From the human T2T-CHM13v2.0 reference genome, Homo sapiens: a DNA stretch of 64,000 nt. Below are positions 60,638 to 64,000 of this stretch, piece after piece (position 1 is the stretch's first letter; the number at the start of each line of letters is the position of its first letter). Made by a program: the position numbers and the translations under genes. The stretch is taken from the NCBI RefSeq assembly GCF_009914755.1, contig NC_060931.1. One strand, written 5' to 3'. The notes under the pieces were generated by a model. That model was not told the DNA's origin. It saw only the letters and a list, made by a program, of their open reading frames with translations, and did not search any database.

Positions 60638-60653
60638 GCCAGCAGATGGCACT
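60638..60653 (+). promoter_or_regulatory. Candidate CTCF site
   Basis: GCCAGCAGATGGCACT matches the core CTCF consensus CCASYAGRKGGCRS. Confidence 0.55.
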
Positions 60654-60687
60654 AAGTATACATAAAATGAACATTTTGCACACTCAC

Positions 60688-60825
60688 TTTTTTTTTTTCT
60701 CTTGAGACAGTCTCACTCTGTTGCCCACGCTGCAGTGCAGTGGCGCAATCGTGTTTCTCTGCATCCTGGGCTCCAGCGATCCTCCTGCCTCAGCTTCCCG
60801 AGTAGCTGGGACCACAAGCGCCTAC
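60688..60825 (-). mobile_element. Truncated AluJ/FRAM monomer
   Basis: gagacagtctcactctgttgccc..cctcagcttcccgagtagctggg. Confidence 0.7.
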
Positions 60826-61345
60826 CTCCTACTTATTTTAAAAGAGTTCAATCCAGGCTCTACTGTTCCCAAGGGACTTTTCTCCATACTAGGAACTCTA
60901 AAATCTGACAATGGTTTGGATCTGTGAGATAGAAAAGGCATCTTATAGGTACAGGGTCCTGTCTTCTGCCAGGGTCTACTGTGCTGCAGTCTCAGAGGGA
61001 TATCATCAGGGGATCCCAGTAAGGTTGTAAAATGAATAATGATCTTGGTGGCACCACACCATCTCTGTGTAGTGAGGAAAACTTATGTAAAACTGGAACG
61101 GGTGAAGGGGTGAAACTAGGAAGGTGTCATAGCTGTTAGAGGATGGGGAGCAGGACTGGGTGGGTAAAGCCTTCAGCTGTGAGGCCCGTTGACATCTATG
61201 AAAGAGGAAGAAAGCGGGAGAGCCTCCAGCTGCAAAGGACGGCTGACCAGGGCTTGGCTTGCTCAGTGAGCAGCTTCAGAGCAAAGATTGCCTGATGAAG
61301 CAGTTCAGCATTGGGCTGAAACAGCCAGGCCCTACAGTACCCTTC

Positions 61346-61720
61346 TCATCTGGTTTGGCTCTGTCCCCACCCAAAATCTCATCTTGAATTGTAATCCCCA
61401 TAATACCCACATGTCAAGGGAGAGGCCAGGTGGATGTAATTGAATCATGGGGGTGTTTTCTCCCATGCTGTTCTCGTGGTAGTGAGTTCTCACGAGAGCT
61501 GATGATTTTGTAAGTGTTTGGTAGTTTCTCCTGCGCTCATTTCTCCCTCCTGCCACCTTGTGAAGAAGGTGGCTTGCTTCCCCTTCACCTTCTGCCATGA
61601 TTGTAAGTTTCCTCAGGCCTCCCCAGCCATGCTGAACTGTGAGTCAATTAAACCTCTTACCTTTATAAATTACCCAGTTTTGGGTATTTCCTTATAGCAA
61701 TGTGAGAACAGACTAGTATA
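61346..61720 (+). mobile_element. THE1D-like solo LTR nested in an older LTR
   Basis: Homologous to the LTRs at 55226 and 57551; TSD ccttc/tcttc. Flanks 61080-61345 and 61721-61900 look like an LTR33-type element. Confidence 0.82.
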
Positions 61721-62536
61721 TCTTCCTTGCTCAGTCATTGGCTGGGGGTTACCCAGGAAGAATGTGACCCAGAGTGAATGCCATGCACATGCTGATGGCG
61801 CTACAGTTGAAGGCTGTCAGTTACCTCTGCTCCCTGCAGCTGGACAGCAGGTTCTCAGAGGAGTACCCTAAAGGTGGTGTACTTTTGTGGCTGCCACACC
61901 ATCCTTGTTAAAGAAATAACTCTCATGTATGATCTCCATTGTATTTCTTAGGTCTGTATGAAGCTGTGTAAACAGTCTTGCTCTTTTCAATAGCTGAGGT
62001 GCTTTTTAAATAAAATTCATAGGTTCTTGGATATGATTCAATCCAGTATAGTCTGTGAACTGGCTTTGCAGCTTCATCTGAATAATCTCAATATTTACAT
62101 ATGAGTTATATGTATCTCTTGGAAGAAAATTTTAAAAGTAAAAGCCATTATCTATATGGGCTCAAAGGATATGAAAGAATTTTAATCTCAGAAAAGCACA
62201 ATAAGGAAGTCAATATCTATTTTAATCTCAGGCAAGCATACTAAAGAAGTCAGTAGCTGCAAAAGCTCCTCAAAAAATTATTCTAAGTCAAATATAAATA
62301 ATCTTATTTGCTCTTTTGGATTATGAATACATCATAGCTTTTTTATTAACATCCAATTCAAAGTTGGCCTATTGTCTGGTGGTATTAAAGTGGATCACAT
62401 GTGTAGCCCTTAATAATGCACATTGACATGGAACACTTGGCTTGATCCTCGTAATTCTATGAGGTAGGTATTATCACCTATGTACAGATGAAGAAACACA
62501 TCCTGAGAGATGTGAATTTTAATGCAATTTCTATGA

Positions 62537-63800
<1,264 letters not shown>

Positions 63801-64000
63801 AATACATTGCACAAATGGAAACAATAAAATCTACAATTTGAACATTTATTTGAATAGCTGGACGTGTCATCAGAACAACTCTTGATGCTTATTTAGGCTC
63901 CCAGAGTTACCTAAAGAGAACATGAGGTTTAAGAACCACTGATGAGGAATCAAAGCCCTACTTTGAAGAGTATAAATATATATTAAGCATTATATACATA

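Overview
Human genomic DNA; the human-specific AluYb8/9 element supports the species call. The left 24.6 kb holds the 5' end of DPY19L1 (tryptophan C-mannosyltransferase) on the minus strand. It has two alternative first coding exons in a CpG island (24491-24569 and 23770-24067), a 25-nt microexon (5245-5269) and two further exons (4555-4642, 241-378). All splice phases match. The remaining ~39 kb is upstream intergenic DNA rich in Alu, L1, L2, MIR, MaLR/ERV LTRs and DNA transposons. It includes a ~116-copy 20-bp minisatellite (31001-33320) and a complete MaLR provirus with its TSD. Best new candidates: (1) a possible third in-frame first exon in a GC-rich intronic island (10020-10083), (2) an overlapping uORF 8 nt upstream of the long-isoform ATG, (3) a TSD-flanked tailless 5' half of tRNA-Gly(TCC), (4) a three-monomer AluYb9/AluY chimera inside a single TSD, and (5) two MER41 LTRs that each keep a STAT GAS motif. 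I see no evidence of a wholly new multi-gene system. Repeat subfamily calls and boundaries are from recalled consensus sequences and are approximate.
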